In this document: positions 60,491 to 64,000 of the stretch, one piece after another
Layout: each line of letters starts with the position of its first letter
How positions within the stretch are numbered: the first letter of the stretch is position 1
Source of the DNA: Spirochaetia bacterium
GTDB lineage: Bacteria > Spirochaetota > Spirochaetia > SZUA-6 > Bin103
Direction: 5' to 3'
Assembly (NCBI GenBank): GCA_965203055.1
Contig: OZ241863.1
Location: 1,088,001-1,152,000 of the forward strand
DNA: 64,000 bases
Notes under the pieces: generated by a model
Told to the model about the DNA's origin: nothing
What the model saw: only the letters and a program-made list of their open reading frames with translations
Databases searched by the model: none
Position numbers and translations under genes: made by a program

Positions 60491-61438
60491 ATGCGCATCG
60501 AAATAGACCCGAAAGCAGCCGACGATCCGGAATCTCACCAGTGGCTGGACCGCATTCTGCCCCGGATATACGAAGGCTGGCACGTGTGGGATACCACCGG
60601 CCAATCGAATCCCGATACGCTGTCGGCCACGACATGGATAAGCACCGGCGGTAAGAGGGTCAAAGAACTGTTCGTCGCGTCGACTAGTCGTAACGCGTGG
60701 AGCACGTACGGACGGTCGGTGCGGGTAACAACAGTCCCCACGGCAGCGGATGAACTCACGCCTCAAGACGCGGTTCGGCTCGCCGAAGAACCGCTCTGGA
60801 TCCTGGTCGAAAATCGGTTCAGCGACGGCGCATTCGTCAAACGCGTCGTGAAGGAACTCGATCAGTCCCTTCACAAGCTGTGGCAACGTTCGACACGGCC
60901 GATCCGAATCGACAGCGTCGGGGGCAAGGGACAGATGGCGCGGGAGGTAACTCGCCGCATGCGGGAAAATCCGTATCGTCCCCGACTCGTCGCGATAATC
61001 GATAGCGATCGGACGGCGCCCGGCGCTGCCCCCAGCGCGGAGGCAAAACGATTGCAAGACACCTGCAACCAGTATAATCTGCCGTGCTGGGTCCTCGCAA
61101 AACGGGAGGCCGAGAATTATCTACCTCGACTCCTCCTCAGTGCTCAACCAAACCCGGGCGCGAACCACCAGCAGCGGATGGACGCATGGGACCGACTCAC
61201 TGATGATCAAAAGAACTTCTTCGACATGAAGAACGGCCTGCCGGCAACCCTGTCCGAGGCCGAGCAGCTGCTGTTCGACGGGCTATCTGCGGACGATCGA
61301 GCGGTTCTCAATAATGGATTCGGTTCGAACCTGGACGAGTGCTGGACGCTCTGTAACGTGCCGGCGAAGTATGAGCTCATCATCCGTGGGCAGGGTGATC
61401 TTGAACATGGCATCTGCCTGATTCGAAGCGAAGTGTAG
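60491..61438 (+). CDS. TOPRIM-like nuclease
   Basis: ILVENRFSD, GGKG, IIDSD, KREAENYL; abuts both neighbours. Confidence 0.65.
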   Translation: MRIEIDPKAADDPESHQWLDRILPRIYEGWHVWDTTGQSNPDTLSATTWISTGGKRVKELFVASTSRNAWSTYGRSVRVTTVPTAADELTPQDAVRLAEEPLWILVENRFSDGAFVKRVVKELDQSLHKLWQRSTRPIRIDSVGGKGQMAREVTRRMRENPYRPRLVAIIDSDRTAPGAAPSAEAKRLQDTCNQYNLPCWVLAKREAENYLPRLLLSAQPNPGANHQQRMDAWDRLTDDQKNFFDMKNGLPATLSEAEQLLFDGLSADDRAVLNNGFGSNLDECWTLCNVPAKYELIIRGQGDLEHGICLIRSEV

Positions 61439-63133
61439 ATGCTCGATAGCCGGGGCGGTCGTACCGAGGTCGTGTCCGAAGTCGTGTTTCTCGGGAAGCT
61501 CATCGAACGTATCATGGCCGGAAAGATCCGCGTGCCGCGGTTCCAGCGGGCGTTCGTCTGGAAACAGGCGGACCTGCACGCGCTGCTCGAAAGCATCCTG
61601 CGCGGATTTCCGATTGGTTCCATCCTCGTTTGGGATACCGGGGAGAACGTCGCATCGACCGAACGTATCGGGCCGGTCACAATCAATCCCGCGCCGGCCG
61701 CGTCGGTCGGCTACCTGCTCGACGGCCAGCAGCGCGTCTCTACGCTGGCCGGTACGCTGCGATTGACCGATGAGATGGAGCATACCATGCACCAGGTAGA
61801 CTGGCGCGTGTACTGCAACCTCGACACCCTGGAGTTTCACCGCGAACCGACGGACGGTCTTAAGGCGCACCATTTTCCGGTTCGGAGCTTGCTCAACACC
61901 GCGGGTTTCTTCGACGCGTGCCGCCGCATCGAATCGGAAGTCGATGATCCTGCTCGGAGCCGGCGCTGGCTGGAAGAGGCGGACCGTCTCGCCGGCGCGT
62001 TTCGGGACTATCAGCTTCCTCTCATCCATATCCGCGAGGCTGACCTGGACACCGCGGTTACCGTGTTTGCCCGGTTGAACCGCACCGGTCGCAAGATGAC
62101 GGCCGACGAAATGGTATCCGCGTTGACCTACGACGCCGATAAATTCCATCTTGCCCAGCAACTGAGCGAATTTCAGGCCGAGCTCGCTCCGCGCGGTTTC
62201 GGAAACATCGACCGCGTCTTCCTGCTGCGATCCGTGTTGGCAGCCCTGGGCCGCGACCTCTATGCGAAGGATTGGGCTGATATCATGGTCAAGGAGGAGG
62301 TTCGCGCACAGCTTCCGAGCGCCTTTGAGCGCGCCGCGGAGGGAATCCGGAGCACGTTGGAGTTCCTCAAGACGCTTGGCGTAACCTCCGATCGGTTGCT
62401 GCCCTATGGGCTTCAGCTCGTTCTGCTCGGGGAATTCTTTCGGCGCTGTCCGGAGCCAACCGAACCGGCTGTCGAGCGGCTGAAACGCTGGTTCTGGGTG
62501 ACTTCATTTACCGGCTGGTTCGGAGGGGTCAACACGGCGCAGGCAAAACGCGCCTTGAGCGAGATCATTCAGCTTTCCGAGGGCACCGGGTCGGGGTTCG
62601 GCGTAATTGATCCGAAAGCTCCGGCGCAACCGTTTCCTGACCGATTCGATGGCCGGAGCGCTCGCGTGCGAGCCTTTCTGCTCTATCTTGCGTCGCTCAG
62701 CCCACTTTCGCTTCGTGATGCGGGAGCACTCGATCCGGGGGAACTGCTCTCCACTGTGGGAACCGGAGCCGTCGGATACGTGTCGACGAATCAGTCGCTC
62801 GCGAACCTGATTGGCAGCCCGGCGAACCGCATGTTCGTGGATCGAAACCACGTCGGTCAGGCGTTCCGCGTGTTGCAGGATATGGGCGACCGGCGGCTAC
62901 GAGAGCTGCTGCCAACCCACGGCTTTCCGGTGGACTCGATCCAGCGGTTGCGAGACGGCGACCGCGCGGGTTTGATCCAGTTGCGGCTGGAGACGCTGAT
63001 CGCCGGCGAGCGGGAGTTCATGACCAAGTTGAACGTAGTACCGCCGGCGGAGCGGACCGCGGCAACGGTTGCGGACAGCGACGTTTCGGATGATCCATAC
63101 TCGGAGATTGAGCTCGATCCCGGGGCGAACTGA
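61439..63133 (+). CDS. DUF262 (GmrSD N-terminal/ParB-like) protein (Menshen NsnA-like)
   Basis: VPRFQRAFVW, SILRGFPIGS, LLDGQQR, VFARLNRTG. Confidence 0.88.
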   Translation: MLDSRGGRTEVVSEVVFLGKLIERIMAGKIRVPRFQRAFVWKQADLHALLESILRGFPIGSILVWDTGENVASTERIGPVTINPAPAASVGYLLDGQQRVSTLAGTLRLTDEMEHTMHQVDWRVYCNLDTLEFHREPTDGLKAHHFPVRSLLNTAGFFDACRRIESEVDDPARSRRWLEEADRLAGAFRDYQLPLIHIREADLDTAVTVFARLNRTGRKMTADEMVSALTYDADKFHLAQQLSEFQAELAPRGFGNIDRVFLLRSVLAALGRDLYAKDWADIMVKEEVRAQLPSAFERAAEGIRSTLEFLKTLGVTSDRLLPYGLQLVLLGEFFRRCPEPTEPAVERLKRWFWVTSFTGWFGGVNTAQAKRALSEIIQLSEGTGSGFGVIDPKAPAQPFPDRFDGRSARVRAFLLYLASLSPLSLRDAGALDPGELLSTVGTGAVGYVSTNQSLANLIGSPANRMFVDRNHVGQAFRVLQDMGDRRLRELLPTHGFPVDSIQRLRDGDRAGLIQLRLETLIAGEREFMTKLNVVPPAERTAATVADSDVSDDPYSEIELDPGAN

Positions 63134-63199
63134 TTCCGCCGAGTGGGCTCCGGCTCTCGCGCGCGCGGCGCCGGAGGTGGGGGAGGGTGCGCGGGCTCC

Positions 63200-64000
63200 T
63201 CAGTAGGCGCGGGCGAACACTACGCGCGCGGCGCCGGGGGCGCCGGTGAAGGCGCACGTCAGGCGGCCGTCGGCCTGGTCGGGGCCGGCGTCGTCGTCCA
63301 TTCCCAGGATGCAGCGCGGGCTCACCTTGAGGCGCTTCAGCAGCGCCTGATACGAATCTTCCTGCTCGGCGCCGGGCGCCAGGGGGGCGACGGCGAAGCC
63401 GGCGTCGGGGTCGTCCCTGAAGTACTCCTCCAACTCGGCGGCGCCGGCCGCGGTCACGGTGTGGTCGTCCTTGAAACGCCGCGCGCGCTGCAGCAGGGCG
63501 TCCTGCATCTCGGCGAGCAGCGCCGGGGCTTCGGCGGCGAAGCGGTCCAGGGCGACGGCGCGCCGGTCCCGGGGCGCGCGGTCGCGGCGCGCCACCGACA
63601 CGGTGCCGGCCTCCAGGTCGCGGGGACCCACCTCCAGGCGCAACGGCACGCCGCGCTTCACGTGATGCCAGTTCTTCTCGCCGCCGCGCAGGTCGCGGTC
63701 GTCGATGGTGGCTCGCAGCGGCTCGCCGCCGTAGCGTTGCGCGCTCAGCTCCTGCTGCAGCTTGCGGCAGCCGTCGAGCACCGCGCCCCGCTGCGCGGCG
63801 TCCTTGTAGATCGGCAGGATCACCGCCTGCTGCGGGGCCAGGCGCGGCGGCAGCACCACGCCGTCGTCGTCGCCGTGCGTCATGATCAGGCCGCCCACCA
63901 GGCGCGTGGACACTCCCCAGGAGGTGGTCCAGGCGTACTCCACGGAACCGTCGCGGGCGGCGAAGTTGATGGAACATGCCTTGGCGAAGTTCTGGCCCAG
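63200..64000 (-). CDS. proS: Prolyl-tRNA synthetase, archaeal/eukaryotic type, partial
   Basis: LGQNFAK, TTSWGVSTRLVGGLIMTHGDD, LPPRLAP, GVPLRLEVGPRD, C-terminal FARAY. Confidence 0.93.
   Translation of the reverse strand: MGQNFAKACSINFAARDGSVEYAWTTSWGVSTRLVGGLIMTHGDDDGVVLPPRLAPQQAVILPIYKDAAQRGAVLDGCRKLQQELSAQRYGGEPLRATIDDRDLRGGEKNWHHVKRGVPLRLEVGPRDLEAGTVSVARRDRAPRDRRAVALDRFAAEAPALLAEMQDALLQRARRFKDDHTVTAAGAAELEEYFRDDPDAGFAVAPLAPGAEQEDSYQALLKRLKVSPRCILGMDDDAGPDQADGRLTCAFTGAPGAARVVFARAY

Overview
Very GC-rich bacterial chromosome segment. The style of the binding-protein and lipoprotein N-termini, the mevalonate gene and the Rpn/Uma2/HNH gene load suggest a Spirochaetaceae-like, possibly host-associated organism; this is inference only. 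Left to right: (1) a peptide/nickel-type ABC transporter, DUF3500 and an MtfA-like peptidase; (2) an aromatic-carotenoid operon (HMG-CoA synthase, crtY, crtI, crtB, an in-frame methyltransferase::CrtU-like fusion, a DUF5914/Rieske gene); (3) a GSGY-repeat lipoprotein, an SDR and an HNH-family element; (4) a ~26 kb defence island. In the island a four-gene restriction-like system (DUF499 ATPase, small DUF3780-like protein, DUF1156 methylase, PLD-SNF2 helicase) is split by ~16 kb of cargo. The cargo holds two lower-GC modules I cannot assign to a named system (small protein + PIN-domain protein + P-loop ATPase; HNH-helical-PIN giant + partner), duplicated Rpn genes with internal start sites, and decayed toxin-antitoxin and transposase genes. 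After the island come an IS3 element, an M16C peptidase, a broken AAA/DUF4276 pair with an AT-rich insert, hpt-leuB, a few metabolic genes, a Menshen-like ATPase/TOPRIM/DUF262 operon and the 3' part of proS. No CRISPR array, rRNA or tRNA was seen. Family calls are from motif recognition, not database searches.
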